Assembly: GCA_963802995.1 (NCBI GenBank)
Contig: CAWDKU010000002.1
Coordinates: 2,772,003-2,804,002 of the forward strand
Direction of reading: 5' to 3'
Length of the DNA: 32,000 nt
DNA from: an uncultured Pseudomonadota bacterium
Lineage (GTDB): Bacteria > Pseudomonadota > Gammaproteobacteria > Steroidobacterales > Steroidobacteraceae
Shown here: positions 11,162-20,588 of the stretch, piece after piece
Numbering within the stretch: position 1 is the stretch's first letter
How the letters are laid out: the number at the start of each line of letters is the position of its first letter
Program-made: the position numbers and the translations under genes
Notes under the pieces: generated by a model
The model's input: only the letters and a program-made list of their open reading frames with translations
What the model was told of the DNA's origin: nothing
Databases searched by the model: none

Positions 11162-11195
11162 TTGACGTCGAACTGCAGCGAGTGGAGTGAGCGCA

Positions 11196-11507
11196 ATGGC
11201 TAACCAGAACATCCGTATCCGCCTCAAGGCGTTCGACCACCGCCTGATCGACTCATCTGCCCGCGAGATCGTCGAGACGGCCAAGCGCACCGGCGCCACC
11301 GTCAAGGGCCCGGTACCGCTGCCGACCAAGATGGAGCGCTTCACCGTGCTCGTCTCCCCGCACGCGGACAAGGACGCGCGCGACCAGTTCGAGCTGCGCA
11401 CGCACAAGCGCCTCATGGACATCGTGAACCCGACGGACAAGACCGTGGACGCGCTCATGAAGCTCGAGCTGCCTGCGGGCGTCGAAGTCAAAATCGCGCT
11501 GAACTGA
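11196..11507 (+). CDS. rpsJ: 30S ribosomal protein S10 (NusE)
   Basis: [34 protein letters not shown]... matches S10. The ATG at 11196 is preceded by GGAG at 11184-11187. The gene lies only 34 nt after the tuf stop. Confidence 0.95.
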   Translation: MANQNIRIRLKAFDHRLIDSSAREIVETAKRTGATVKGPVPLPTKMERFTVLVSPHADKDARDQFELRTHKRLMDIVNPTDKTVDALMKLELPAGVEVKIALN

Positions 11508-11549
11508 AAGAGCGCACCGCCGGCACCGCCGGCGGCTTGCTGAATGAAA

Positions 11550-11580
11550 GCGCCGCGGTTTTCCGCGGCGCGTTCGTTTG
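11550..11580 (+). terminator. Rho-independent-type terminator after rpsJ
   Basis: A 9-bp GC stem pairs gcgccgcgg with ccgcggcgc around the loop tttt. The stem is followed by gttcgtttg. Confidence 0.6.
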
Positions 11581-11887
11581 GGAAGCACGGATCGGCGCTA
11601 CGCGCTGTAGCGGATCTCCGCATGCCCGGTCAGCGTGCTCACAATCACGGGATGGGTGGGGGTCAGGGCATTTGGGGCCAGCGATCCACGTTCGTACAGG
11701 AAAACCGAGCGCACATATCGCGTCATCACTGTCACTTCGAGAGTGCCGGGGCACGGACTCGGCCGCCAGTCCGGTTGTTATGTCAGCCCGGTCCCGCTCG
11801 GTGAACTTGGACTGAGGCGTGAGAGTATCATCCGGCCCGAGACAGCAGTATTTGGGCGCTCTGCCCTTAAGTTCTGGAGCTGGCCGA

Positions 11888-13861
11888 ATGCGACGCATCA
11901 ATCCGGTACTGGCGGCGTTCTTTGTTGTTGTTGCACCCACCCTGGCGTTCTCCGAAGGCGCGCCTTTCGACGCCGCCGCGGCCTTCGGCGCGCGACCGAG
12001 CGTCATCGACCTCAAACTGTCACCGGATGGCCAGAATCTGGCCTGGATCGGCCCGGCAGCCGGGCAGGGCGCCGTGGTCTATACGCTGAGTCTTGCGAAG
12101 GATGCAAAGCCCAAGGCGGCACTCTCCGCCAGCGGCGCGCCCGAACGGATACGCTCGTGCGGCTGGGTGTCGAACGATCGGCTGGTGTGCCAGATCTACA
12201 TCCTTGCAAAGGACGCCGAGCTCGGCCCCCTGTCGTTCACGCGCCTCCTGGCCATCAATGCCGACGGCTCCAATCCCAAGACGCTCAGCAACCAGCAGAC
12301 CGAGCACACGCACGGGTTGCTCACGGGTGGCGGAGAAGTGATCGACTGGCTCCCGGAAACCGATGCCTCAGTGCTGATGACGCGCGTGTATCTCCCGAAC
12401 GACTCGATCGGCACCCGTCTTGGCTCGAAAGACAGCGGGCTCGGTGTCGATGTCGTGGATACGCGCACCCTGCAGAGTCATCGCATGGAGCCGCCGCGTC
12501 GCAACGCCGTCGAGTACATCAGCGACGGTCGTGGCCACGTGCGGATCGTCGCCAACCGGGAAACGACCGCCAGCGGGGACACCGGGATCACCCAATACGA
12601 GTTCCATCCGGTGGATTCCGAGGACTTACAGCCGCTGAGCACCTACCAGGGCACGGACCACACCGGCTTCCGTCCGCTGGCGATCGACCCCGAACACAAC
12701 CTGGCTTACGGGGTCAAGAAGCTCGATGGCCGCATGGCGCTTTACACCATGACGCTCGACTCCTCGCGGGCCGAACAGCTCGTGTACGCAAACCCTGAAG
12801 TCGATGTTGCCCACCTCATGATGTTCGGGCGGCAGCATCGTGTGGTGGGCGTCACCTATTACACTGACTTCCGGCACGGCGAGTACTTCGCGCCCGAGAT
12901 CAAGACCCTGCTCGACTCCCTGCACAAGGCGCTGCATGCCCCCTTGAATATCGTCGACGCCAGCCAAGATGAGACACGCATGCTGGTGCTGACGAGCACC
13001 GACGTTGATCCGGGCGTCTATTACCTGTTCGATCGCAAATCACACCAGCTGCAGACTCTGCTGCTGGCACGTAGCCAGCTGGAGGGGGTGAAGCTAGCCA
13101 GCGTACAGCCGGTTACCTACACGGCTACGGACGGTACGAAGATCCCCGGTTATCTGACGCTCCCGCCCGGAGCGCAGAGCGTGAAGGGCCTTCCGGCGCT
13201 CGTCATGCCCCACGGCGGCCCGAGCGAGCGCGATGTCTGGGGGTTCGACTGGCTCGCACAGTTCTTTGCCAACCGCGGCTATGCGGTACTGCAACCGAAT
13301 TTTCGCGGCTCCTGGGGTTACGGAGACGCCTGGTTCCGTGACAACGGCTTTCGTGCCTGGAACGTGGCGATCGGCGACGTGCTAGACGCCGGGCGCTGGC
13401 TGGTCAAGGAGGGGGCAGATCCTGCGAAGCTTGGGATCTTCGGCTGGTCCTACGGGGGCTACGCCGCGCTGCAGTCGGCAGTGACCGACCCGGCGCTCTT
13501 CAAGGCAGTCATCGCGGTCGCCCCGGTCACAGACCTGCCGGCACTGCGGGAGCAGTACCGGCGCTGGAGCAACTTCGCCCTGGTCAGCGAGTTCATCGGA
13601 GAGGGGGCGACTGCGCGCGAGGGCTCCCCGGCCGAGCATGCGGACCGCATCAAAGCGCCGGTCCTCCTCTTTCAGGGCACGATGGACGCCAACGTGTACC
13701 TCGAGCAGTCGCAGCGCATGGACTCGGCCTTGAAGTCCGCAGGTGGCAGATCCACTCTGGTGACCTGGGAGGGGCTCGATCATCAGCTGGATGACTCGAA
13801 AGCCCGGGCGGAGCTGCTCTCGCGCAGTGACGCCTTCCTGCGCGCCGCCTTCGGCATGTAG
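11888..13861 (+). CDS. Secreted S9 family serine peptidase (prolyl oligopeptidase / dipeptidyl-peptidase type; beta-propeller + alpha/beta hydrolase)
   Basis: Signal peptide MRRINPVLAAFFVVVAPTLAFSEG, with GGAG 8 nt upstream of the ATG. The nucleophile motif GWSYGG is present, along with the Asp (FQGTMDANV) and His (GLDHQL) motifs. The N-terminal region contains SPDG-type propeller repeats. Confidence 0.85.
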   Translation: MRRINPVLAAFFVVVAPTLAFSEGAPFDAAAAFGARPSVIDLKLSPDGQNLAWIGPAAGQGAVVYTLSLAKDAKPKAALSASGAPERIRSCGWVSNDRLVCQIYILAKDAELGPLSFTRLLAINADGSNPKTLSNQQTEHTHGLLTGGGEVIDWLPETDASVLMTRVYLPNDSIGTRLGSKDSGLGVDVVDTRTLQSHRMEPPRRNAVEYISDGRGHVRIVANRETTASGDTGITQYEFHPVDSEDLQPLSTYQGTDHTGFRPLAIDPEHNLAYGVKKLDGRMALYTMTLDSSRAEQLVYANPEVDVAHLMMFGRQHRVVGVTYYTDFRHGEYFAPEIKTLLDSLHKALHAPLNIVDASQDETRMLVLTSTDVDPGVYYLFDRKSHQLQTLLLARSQLEGVKLASVQPVTYTATDGTKIPGYLTLPPGAQSVKGLPALVMPHGGPSERDVWGFDWLAQFFANRGYAVLQPNFRGSWGYGDAWFRDNGFRAWNVAIGDVLDAGRWLVKEGADPAKLGIFGWSYGGYAALQSAVTDPALFKAVIAVAPVTDLPALREQYRRWSNFALVSEFIGEGATAREGSPAEHADRIKAPVLLFQGTMDANVYLEQSQRMDSALKSAGGRSTLVTWEGLDHQLDDSKARAELLSRSDAFLRAAFGM

Positions 13862-13899
13862 ATGGCACCCGGGCCCTTCGCGACGCCCCCTATCCGGGA

Positions 13900-13928
13900 T
13901 TGATTACAGAACGGGCCGCGCCTATACT
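13900..13928 (+). promoter_or_regulatory. Predicted sigma70 promoter driving rplC and downstream ribosomal genes
   Basis: TTGATT (13900-13905), a 17-nt spacer, then TATACT (13923-13928). A GC-rich discriminator (gcgcgcc) follows. Confidence 0.6.
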
Positions 13929-13934
13929 GCGCGC

Positions 13935-14137
13935 CCTTTTTAGCCCCCGCCGCAAGGTGGGGGCAGTCGCTTGAAGCGGCATCGGGCGAGGTTGGAGCAA
14001 TGGCTCCAAGACCACTCGAGACGGACGCGGGCCTCCCGGCTTTGCGTAAATCTCTTGTCGTGTCAATAACTTACGCTCGGTGCCAGTGGCCCCGGGGCGC
14101 CAATCGCAGCGCTCTACGGGATTGAGAGAGGAAGGAT
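13935..14137 (+). promoter_or_regulatory. Structured ~200-nt 5' leader upstream of rplC (candidate ribosomal-protein autoregulatory leader)
   Basis: Hairpin 13943-13964 has a 9-bp stem (gcccccgcc with ggtgggggc, one G-U pair) and a GCAA GNRA tetraloop. Hairpin 13992-14009 has a perfect 7-bp stem (ttggagc with gctccaa) and loop aatg. Further GC stems lie around 14022-14047. The Shine-Dalgarno gagaggaagga precedes the ATG at 14138. Confidence 0.45.
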
Positions 14138-14860
14138 ATGGCAATCGGACTGGTCGGCCGCAAAGTCGGCATGACCCGCATCTTCACGGATGCTGGTGAA
14201 ACAGTGCCCGTCACCGTGATCGAGGTTCTCCCGAACCGGGTCACCCAGGTGAAGGGCAAGGACAAGGACGGCTACCGTGCGGTGCAGGTCACCTACGGCA
14301 CCCGCCGGCCCTCGCTCTATTCCAAGGCCGTCACGGGGCACTACGCGCGCGCCAGCGTCGCCCCTGGCAAGGGACTCGTCGAGTTCCGCCTGGCCGAGGC
14401 CGACAAGACCGAGGTTGCCGCAGGCACCGAGTTCAAGGTCGACCTGTTCAAGGAAGGCGAGAAGGTCGACGTCACGGGCACCACCATCGGCAAGGGCTTC
14501 GCCGGCGTCATGAAGCGCCACAACTTCGGCGGCCTGCCGGCGACCCACGGCGTGTCCGTGTCGCACCGCTCCCCGGGCTCCATCGGCCAGCGCCAGACCC
14601 CCGGACGCGTCTTCAAGGGCCGCCGCATGTCCGGCCACATGGGTGTGGTGCGCCGCACCACCGAGAACCTCAAGGTCGTGGGCGTGGACCTCGACCGCAA
14701 CCTGCTGCTGGTCCGTGGCGCCGTTGCCGGCTCCGAGGGCGGCCAGGTGATCGTGCGTGCCTCGCTCAAGGCCGGGCGCCGCGCCAACCGCAAGACAGTG
14801 GCACCGCTGAAGGTCGGCAATGCCCCGTCGAAGGACCCGGCCAAGGCGGGGAAGAAGTAA
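14138..14860 (+). CDS. rplC: 50S ribosomal protein L3 (with ~30-aa basic C-terminal extension)
   Basis: [29 protein letters not shown]... matches L3. At 240 aa it is longer than the 209 aa of E. coli L3. Confidence 0.96.
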   Translation: MAIGLVGRKVGMTRIFTDAGETVPVTVIEVLPNRVTQVKGKDKDGYRAVQVTYGTRRPSLYSKAVTGHYARASVAPGKGLVEFRLAEADKTEVAAGTEFKVDLFKEGEKVDVTGTTIGKGFAGVMKRHNFGGLPATHGVSVSHRSPGSIGQRQTPGRVFKGRRMSGHMGVVRRTTENLKVVGVDLDRNLLLVRGAVAGSEGGQVIVRASLKAGRRANRKTVAPLKVGNAPSKDPAKAGKK

Positions 14861-14863
14861 GCC

Positions 14864-15469
14864 ATGAAACTGAAGCTCGTCAACGGCTCGGCCGCGCTGG
14901 AAGTTTCCGAGGCCGCCTTCGGCCACAAGTTCAACGAGGCCCTGGTGCACCAGGTCCTCACCGCCTACCGCAATGCCGGTCGTGCGGGCACCAAGGCACA
15001 GAAGTCGCGCGCCGAAGTGCGCGGCGGTGGCCGCAAGCCCCACGCGCAGAAGGGCACCGGCCAGGCGCGTGCCGGCTCCAGCCGCTCGCCCATCTGGGTC
15101 GGTGGCGGCCGCACCTTCGCGGCCAAGCCGCGTGACTTCGCGCAGAAGGTGAACCGCAAGATGTACCGCGGCGCCATCCGCTCGATGCTCTCGGAGCTCG
15201 CGCGCACGGAGCGCCTGCTGGTGACCGATGGCATCGCGCTCGAGGCTCCCAAGACGCGCCTGCTCGCCAACCAGCTCAAGGAGTGGTCGCTCTCCTCGGT
15301 GCTGATCGTGGTCGAGGCGACGGACGAGAAGCTCTACCTCGCCGCGCGCAACCTGGCGCATGTCGAGGTGATCGAAGTGACGGCGCTCAACCCGCTGGCG
15401 CTCGCCGCCTACGACAAGGTGCTGATGACCGTCGGTGCGGTGAAGCTGATCGAGGAGCGCCTGCAATGA
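14864..15469 (+). CDS. rplD: 50S ribosomal protein L4
   Basis: The translation contains ...[46 protein letters not shown].... Confidence 0.96.
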   Translation: MKLKLVNGSAALEVSEAAFGHKFNEALVHQVLTAYRNAGRAGTKAQKSRAEVRGGGRKPHAQKGTGQARAGSSRSPIWVGGGRTFAAKPRDFAQKVNRKMYRGAIRSMLSELARTERLLVTDGIALEAPKTRLLANQLKEWSLSSVLIVVEATDEKLYLAARNLAHVEVIEVTALNPLALAAYDKVLMTVGAVKLIEERLQ

Positions 15470-15768
15470 ACCGCGAACAGCTGATGAGCGTGCTGATCGC
15501 TCCGCACGTGACCGAGAAGACCTCGCTCGCGATGCAGAACCACAACCAGTACACCTTCAAGGTGCGCCGTGAGGCCACCAAGACGGACGTGAAGAAGGCC
15601 GTCGAGCTGATGTTCGACGTCAAGGTCGCGGGCGTGCAGGTCGTCAATGAGCCGGGCAAGACCCGCCGCTTCGGCAAGACCACCGGCCGCACGCAGGACT
15701 GGAAGAAGGCCTACGTGAGCCTCGTCGCCGGGCAGACGATCGACTACGAAGCCCGCGCGAAGGCCTGA
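15466..15768 (+). CDS. rplW: 50S ribosomal protein L23
   Basis: [20 protein letters not shown]... matches L23. The start makes an ATGA overlap with the rplD stop. The longer ORF beginning at 15283 is rejected. Confidence 0.93.
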   Translation: MNREQLMSVLIAPHVTEKTSLAMQNHNQYTFKVRREATKTDVKKAVELMFDVKVAGVQVVNEPGKTRRFGKTTGRTQDWKKAYVSLVAGQTIDYEARAKA

Positions 15769-15778
15769 AGGACCCACC

Positions 15779-16615
15779 ATGGCTCTCATCAAGTACAAGC
15801 CAAGAACTCCGGGTACGCGCTCGCTCACCAAGATCGATCGCTCGCACCTGCACAAGGGCGGCCCGCTCGAGTCACTTACCGCGCACCAGAACAAGACCGG
15901 CGCGCGCAATCACTTCGGCCGCATCACCACGCGCCACCACGGCGGCGGGTCGCGCCAGAAGTACCGCCTGATCGACTTCAAGCGCGACAAGGACGGCATC
16001 GCCGGTGTCGTCGAGCGCCTCGAGTACGATCCGAACCGCACCAGCTACATCGCGCTGGTGAAGTACTCGGACGGCGAGTGGCGCTACATCCTCGCCACCA
16101 AGGGCATGAAGCCCGGGGACGAGGTGCGCTCGGGCGCCGAGGCCCCGATCAAGTCGGGCAATGCCATGACTCTGCGCCACATCCCGGTCGGCTCGATCAT
16201 TCACAACGTGGAGATGAAGCCCGGCCGCGGCGGCCAGATGGCCCGCAGCGCCGGCTCCTCGGTGAGCTTCACCTCGCGCGAGGGCATCTACGCGTACCTG
16301 CGCCTGAAGTCGGGTGAGACCCGCAAGGTGCACGTCGACTGCCGCGCCACCATCGGCGAGGTCGGCAACGATGAGCACAACCTGCGCAGCTACGGCAAGG
16401 CCGGCGCCAAGCGCTGGCGCGGCATCCGCCCGACGGTGCGCGGACTGGCGATGAACCCCGTCGATCACCCGCACGGTGGCGGCGAGGGCAAGTCCGGGCA
16501 GGGCAACCCGCACCCGGTCTCGCCCTGGGGTCAGCAGACCAAGGGCCTGAAGACGCGTCACAACAAGCGCACGGACAACATGATCGTCCAGCGCCGTAAG
16601 AACCGCATCCGTTAA
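15779..16615 (+). CDS. rplB: 50S ribosomal protein L2
   Basis: The translation runs [14 protein letters not shown]... to ...[13 protein letters not shown].... Confidence 0.97.
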   Translation: MALIKYKPRTPGTRSLTKIDRSHLHKGGPLESLTAHQNKTGARNHFGRITTRHHGGGSRQKYRLIDFKRDKDGIAGVVERLEYDPNRTSYIALVKYSDGEWRYILATKGMKPGDEVRSGAEAPIKSGNAMTLRHIPVGSIIHNVEMKPGRGGQMARSAGSSVSFTSREGIYAYLRLKSGETRKVHVDCRATIGEVGNDEHNLRSYGKAGAKRWRGIRPTVRGLAMNPVDHPHGGGEGKSGQGNPHPVSPWGQQTKGLKTRHNKRTDNMIVQRRKNRIR

Positions 16616-16630
16616 GGGGCGTAAGTACAC

Positions 16631-16912
16631 ATGCCACGTTCACTGAAGAAGGGTCCGTTCGTCGATCTGCACCTCGCCAAGAAGGTGCAGGTGGCTTCTG
16701 CCAAGAACGACCGCAAGCCGATCAAGACCTGGTCGCGCCGCTCGATGGTGGTGCCGGAGATGGTGGGACTGACGATCGCCGTGCACAACGGCCGCCAGCA
16801 CATCCCGGTGCTGATCAGCGAGAACATGGTGGGCCACAAGCTCGGCGAGTTCGCGCCCACCCGTACCTTCAAGGCGCACTCGGGCGACCGCAAGGTGGAG
16901 GCCTCGACCTAA
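16631..16912 (+). CDS. rpsS: 30S ribosomal protein S19
   Basis: The translation runs [15 protein letters not shown]... to ...[10 protein letters not shown].... Confidence 0.97.
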   Translation: MPRSLKKGPFVDLHLAKKVQVASAKNDRKPIKTWSRRSMVVPEMVGLTIAVHNGRQHIPVLISENMVGHKLGEFAPTRTFKAHSGDRKVEAST

Positions 16913-16930
16913 GGGGTCGCAGGAAACACG

Positions 16931-17272
16931 ATGCAAGTGACTTCAAAACTGCGCTACGCGCGCATCTCCCCGCAGAAGTGCCGCCTGGTGGCGGACGTCG
17001 TGCGTGGCCAGCCGGTCGGCAATGCGATCTCGACGCTCAAGTTCATGCCCAAGAAGGGCGCGGAAATGGTGCGCAAGGTGCTGGAGTCCGCCGTCGCCAA
17101 CGCCGAGCACAACCACGGCGCCGACATCGATGAGCTGAAGATCACGCTCATCCAGGTGGACGAAGCCCCGGTGCTCAAGCGCTTCGCCGCCCGCGCCAAG
17201 GGCCGCGGCGCGCGCATCGTCAAGCGCAACAGTCACATCACCGTCGGCGTCTCCGACGGCAAGAAGGATTAA
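16931..17272 (+). CDS. rplV: 50S ribosomal protein L22
   Basis: The translation contains ...[17 protein letters not shown]... and ...[17 protein letters not shown]. Confidence 0.95.
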   Translation: MQVTSKLRYARISPQKCRLVADVVRGQPVGNAISTLKFMPKKGAEMVRKVLESAVANAEHNHGADIDELKITLIQVDEAPVLKRFAARAKGRGARIVKRNSHITVGVSDGKKD

Positions 17273-17275
17273 CGC

Positions 17276-18043
17276 ATGGGTCAGAAGGTCAATCCGCTGG
17301 GCATACGCTTAGGGATCACCCGCGACTGGACCAGCCGCTGGTATGCCGGCAAGAAGCAGTTCCCGGAGCATGTGCACACGGACTTCCGCGTGCGCACCTT
17401 CCTCAAGGAGCGCCTGAAGGAGGCCTCCGTCAGCCGCGTGCTGATCGAGCGCGCCGCCAAGAAGGTGAACATCACCATCCAGACGGCCCGCCCCGGCATC
17501 GTGATCGGCAAGAAGGGCGAGGACATCGAGAAGCTGCGCCAGGAAACGGCCGCGCTCCTCGGGATGCCCGTCACCGACGTGCGCCTGAACATCGCCGAGA
17601 TCAGAAAGCCGGAGCTCGACTCGCAGCTGGTGGCCGATTCCATCGCGCAGCAGATCGAGAAGCGCGTGATGTTCCGCCGCGCCATGAAGCGCGCCGTGAT
17701 GAGCACCATGCGCTCGGGCGCGCTCGGCGTGAAGGTGCGCGTCTCCGGGCGCCTGAACGGCTCCGAGATCGCGCGCACGGAGTGGTACCGCGAGGGCCGC
17801 ATCCCGCTGCACACCTTCCGCGCGGACATCGACTACGGCCTCTCCGAGGCGCAGACCACCTACGGCGTCATCGGCGTCAAGGTCTGGATCTTCAAGGGCG
17901 AGGTGTTCGACAAGGCGCAGCTCGCGCAGCAGGCCGCCGCGGCCGCTCCGGAGGGCGAGGCGGCTGCCGCGCCCGTGCCCGGTGCACCCCCGGCCGTGAC
18001 TGCCCCGCCTGCGGCTCCCGAGGCCGCCCCGGCGCAGGCTTAA
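17276..18043 (+). CDS. rpsC: 30S ribosomal protein S3 (Ala/Pro-rich C-terminal tail)
   Basis: [18 protein letters not shown]... matches S3. At 255 aa it is longer than the 233 aa of E. coli S3. Confidence 0.96.
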   Translation: MGQKVNPLGIRLGITRDWTSRWYAGKKQFPEHVHTDFRVRTFLKERLKEASVSRVLIERAAKKVNITIQTARPGIVIGKKGEDIEKLRQETAALLGMPVTDVRLNIAEIRKPELDSQLVADSIAQQIEKRVMFRRAMKRAVMSTMRSGALGVKVRVSGRLNGSEIARTEWYREGRIPLHTFRADIDYGLSEAQTTYGVIGVKVWIFKGEVFDKAQLAQQAAAAAPEGEAAAAPVPGAPPAVTAPPAAPEAAPAQA

Positions 18044-18056
18044 AGGCGACTAGATC

Positions 18057-18470
18057 ATGCTCCAGCCCAAACGCACCAAGTACCGCAAGATGTTCAAGGG
18101 CCGCAATGGCGGCCTGGCCCACCGCGGCAGCAACGTGTCCTTCGGCGAGTTCGGCCTGAAGGCCACCAGCCGTGCGCGCATGACCGCGCGCGAGATCGAG
18201 GCGGCGCGCCGCGCCATGGCGCGCTACGTCAAGCGCGGCGGCCAGATCTGGATCCGCGTGTTCCCGGACGTGCCGATCTCCAAGAAGCCCCTCGAGGTCC
18301 GCATGGGCTCGGGCAAGGGCAACGTCGAGTACTACATCGCGCGCGTGCAGCCCGGCAAGGTGCTCTTCGAGATGGAAGGGGTGGATGAGACGACCGCGCG
18401 CGAGGCGTTCCGCCTGGCCGGCTCGAAGCTCTCCGTGTCCACCTCGTTCGTGAAACGGCAGGTGCGGTGA
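18057..18470 (+). CDS. rplP: 50S ribosomal protein L16
   Basis: [21 protein letters not shown]... matches L16. Confidence 0.97.
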   Translation: MLQPKRTKYRKMFKGRNGGLAHRGSNVSFGEFGLKATSRARMTAREIEAARRAMARYVKRGGQIWIRVFPDVPISKKPLEVRMGSGKGNVEYYIARVQPGKVLFEMEGVDETTAREAFRLAGSKLSVSTSFVKRQVR

Positions 18471-18700
18471 TGAAGATCGGACAACTGCGTCAGTACCGCG
18501 AGAAGCTGCAGAAGCAGAGCCCGGCGGAGCTCGCCGAGGAGCTGGTGAAGCTGCGCAAGGAACAGTTCTCGCTGCGCATGCAGCGCGCGACGGGCCAGAA
18601 CCCCAAGCCAGACCAGTTTGGCATTGCGCGCCGCAATATCGCGCGCGTGAAGACGATGCTGCAGAAGCAGCGCGCGGCTAGCGCCGGAGGCAAGAAGTGA
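18470..18700 (+). CDS. rpmC: 50S ribosomal protein L29
   Basis: MKIGQLR...[19 protein letters not shown]... matches L29. The ATG at 18470 shares one base with the rplP TGA. GTG at 18467 is an alternative start. Confidence 0.9.
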   Translation: MKIGQLRQYREKLQKQSPAELAEELVKLRKEQFSLRMQRATGQNPKPDQFGIARRNIARVKTMLQKQRAASAGGKK

Positions 18701-18978
18701 GCGCGGAAGAGAGCAAAGTGGAAGCCAAGGGCGCACGCACGCTCACCGGGCGGGTCGTCAGCACCAAGATGCAGAAGACCATCGCGGTGGAGATCGAGCG
18801 CCTGGTGAAGCACCCGACCTACGGCAAGTTCATCCGCCGCACGACCAAGCTGCTGGCGCACGACGACAAGAGCGTGGCCAAGGACGGTGACCTGGTGGTC
18901 ATCACCCCGTGCCGGCCGATGTCGCGGCACAAGTCCTGGGCGCTGCTCGAGGTGGTCGAGAAGGCCAAGGGTCGCTGA
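18697..18978 (+). CDS. rpsQ: 30S ribosomal protein S17
   Basis: ...[38 protein letters not shown]... matches S17. The GTG start makes a GTGA overlap with the rpmC stop, so the start position is less certain. Confidence 0.92.
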   Translation: MSAEESKVEAKGARTLTGRVVSTKMQKTIAVEIERLVKHPTYGKFIRRTTKLLAHDDKSVAKDGDLVVITPCRPMSRHKSWALLEVVEKAKGR

Positions 18979-19007
18979 AGAAGCGCGCGAAGAGCAGGTA
19001 AAGAACC

Positions 19008-19376
19008 ATGATCCAGCTGCAGACAATGCTGAATGCCGCCGACAACAGCGGCGCGCGCACCCTGATGTGCATCAAGGTGCTCGGCGGTTCGCGCCGCCGC
19101 TACGCGACCGTGGGGGACGTCATCAAGGTGAGCGTCAAGGACGCCATCCCCCGCGGCAAGGTGAAGAAGGGCGAGGTCTACGACGCGGTGGTGGTGCGCA
19201 CCAAGCGTGGCGTGCGCCGTCCCGATGGCTCGCTGATCCGCTTCGACGGCAATGCCGCGGTGCTGCTCACGAACAAGCTCGAGCCCATCGGCACGCGCAT
19301 CTTTGGACCGGTGACGCGTGAGCTGCGCAACCAGCAGTTCATGAAGATCATCTCGCTCGCACCCGAGGTGCTTTAG
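19008..19376 (+). CDS. rplN: 50S ribosomal protein L14
   Basis: [17 protein letters not shown]... matches L14. Confidence 0.97.
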   Translation: MIQLQTMLNAADNSGARTLMCIKVLGGSRRRYATVGDVIKVSVKDAIPRGKVKKGEVYDAVVVRTKRGVRRPDGSLIRFDGNAAVLLTNKLEPIGTRIFGPVTRELRNQQFMKIISLAPEVL

Positions 19377-19694
19377 ATGAAGAAGATTCGCAAGGGCGAC
19401 CAGGTGATCGTGCTCTCCGGGCGCGACAAGGGCCGCCGTGGCGCTGTGATCCAGGTGCTCCCCGACGGCCGCGTGCTGGTGGAGAGCGTGAACATGGCGA
19501 AGAGGCACACCAAGGGCAACCCGCAGTCGGGCAAGCCCGGCGGCATCATCGAGAAGGAAGTGCCGCTCGCGCTGTCGAAGGTCGCGATCTGGAACCCGGC
19601 CGCCAAGAAGGGCGACCGCATCGGGGTCAAGACGCTCACCGACGGCAAGCGGGTGCGCTTCTTCAAGTCGAATGGAGAGATGCTCGACGCCTAA
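19377..19694 (+). CDS. rplX: 50S ribosomal protein L24
   Basis: MKKIRKGDQVIVLSGRDKG... matches L24. The gene starts immediately after the rplN stop. Confidence 0.96.
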   Translation: MKKIRKGDQVIVLSGRDKGRRGAVIQVLPDGRVLVESVNMAKRHTKGNPQSGKPGGIIEKEVPLALSKVAIWNPAAKKGDRIGVKTLTDGKRVRFFKSNGEMLDA

Positions 19695-19715
19695 CTAAGC
19701 GTCAAGTGAGTGGTT

Positions 19716-20255
19716 ATGGCGAGACTCCAAGAAGTTTACCGACAGACGATCGTGCCGAAGCTGCGCTCGGACCTGAAGATCGAGAACGTCATGCAGGTGC
19801 CGCGCATCAGCAAGATCACGATCAACATGGGCGTGGGCGAGGCCGTGGCCGACAAGAAGGTGATGGATGCGGCGGTTGCCGACCTCACCAAGATCACCGG
19901 CCAGAAGCCGCTGATCACCAAGTCGCGCAAGGCGATCGCGTCCTTCAAGATCCGCCAGGGCCTGCCGATCGGCGCCAAGGTGACCTTGCGCGGCGCGCGC
20001 ATGTACGAGTTCCTGGACCGTCTGATCAGCATCGCGATGCCGCGCATCCGCGACTTCCGCGGCGTGTCACCGCGCTCCTTCGACGGCCAGGGCAACTACT
20101 CGCTCGGCGTCAAGGAACAGATCATTTTCCCCGAGATCCAGTACGACCAGGTCGACCAGATCCGGGGTATGGACATCACTATTACTACGACGGCAACGGA
20201 TGACCGTCACGGCCGAGCGTTGCTCGAGGCATTCAACTTCCCGTTCCGGAAGTAA
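19716..20255 (+). CDS. rplE: 50S ribosomal protein L5
   Basis: [16 protein letters not shown]...NMGVGEA... matches L5. The ATG at 19716 is preferred over the GTG at 19710. Confidence 0.94.
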   Translation: MARLQEVYRQTIVPKLRSDLKIENVMQVPRISKITINMGVGEAVADKKVMDAAVADLTKITGQKPLITKSRKAIASFKIRQGLPIGAKVTLRGARMYEFLDRLISIAMPRIRDFRGVSPRSFDGQGNYSLGVKEQIIFPEIQYDQVDQIRGMDITITTTATDDRHGRALLEAFNFPFRK

Positions 20256-20272
20256 CAGGGCTAACTAAGTCT

Positions 20273-20578
20273 ATGGCTAAGACGAGCATGGTCGAGCGCG
20301 AGAAGCGTCGCGCCGGGATCGTGAAAAAGTACGCGGCGAAGCGCGCGAAGCTCAAGGAGCTGATCAGAAGCCCCAAGAGCTCGCCCGAGGAGCGCCAGGC
20401 GGCGCAGGCGGATCTGCAGAAGCAGCCGCGCGACGCCAGCAAGTCGCGCCAGCGCAATCGCTGCGCCATTACCGGGCGTTCACGCGGCGTGTACCGCAAG
20501 TTCGGGCTTGCGCGGGTGAAGATCCGCGAAGTCGCGAGCCGTGGCGAGATCCCGGGTCTGTCGAAGGCGAGCTGGTGA
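20273..20578 (+). CDS. rpsN: 30S ribosomal protein S14 (long, non-zinc form)
   Basis: The translation runs [13 protein letters not shown]... to ...[11 protein letters not shown]. Confidence 0.96.
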   Translation: MAKTSMVEREKRRAGIVKKYAAKRAKLKELIRSPKSSPEERQAAQADLQKQPRDASKSRQRNRCAITGRSRGVYRKFGLARVKIREVASRGEIPGLSKASW

Positions 20579-20588
20579 GGAACGCCGC

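Noticed and set aside
11635-12798. 387-aa plus-strand ORF starting in the rpsJ-peptidase gap and overlapping the 5' half of the peptidase gene out of frame
   Set aside because: The in-frame peptidase ORF has a signal peptide, a Shine-Dalgarno and S9 catalytic motifs. This alternative frame is Arg-rich with no motifs.
14000-14125. 41-codon upstream ORF (MAPRPLETDAGLPALRKSLVVSITYARCQWPRGANRSALRD) inside the rplC leader, ending 12 nt before the rplC ATG
   Set aside because: Its third-position GC is about 57% by my count, far below the strongly GC3-biased genes around it. Its ATG sits in the loop of the 13992-14009 hairpin. I treat it as non-coding leader RNA. Ribo-seq could revisit this.
11508-14137. 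Possibility that the peptidase insert is a mobile element or genomic islet
   Set aside because: I found no transposase, integrase or recombinase ORF, no terminal inverted repeats, no tRNA attachment site, and no convincing direct repeats flanking the segment. Only weak similarity exists between 11590-11615 and 14100-14120.
15283-15465. N-terminally extended versions of several ORFs in the six-frame track (rplW from 15283, secY from 23008, rpoA from 26026, rpsH from 20541, rpsL from 6942, rpmJ from 24192)
   Set aside because: The extensions overlap upstream genes or spacers. They lack similarity to the known protein N-termini. Conserved N-terminal sequences begin at internal ATGs that have proper Shine-Dalgarno spacing.
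14114-15466. 450-aa minus-strand ORF antisense to rplC and rplD
   Set aside because: Same reasoning. It is a mirror frame of conserved ribosomal genes with low-complexity Gly/Ala/Arg/Leu composition.
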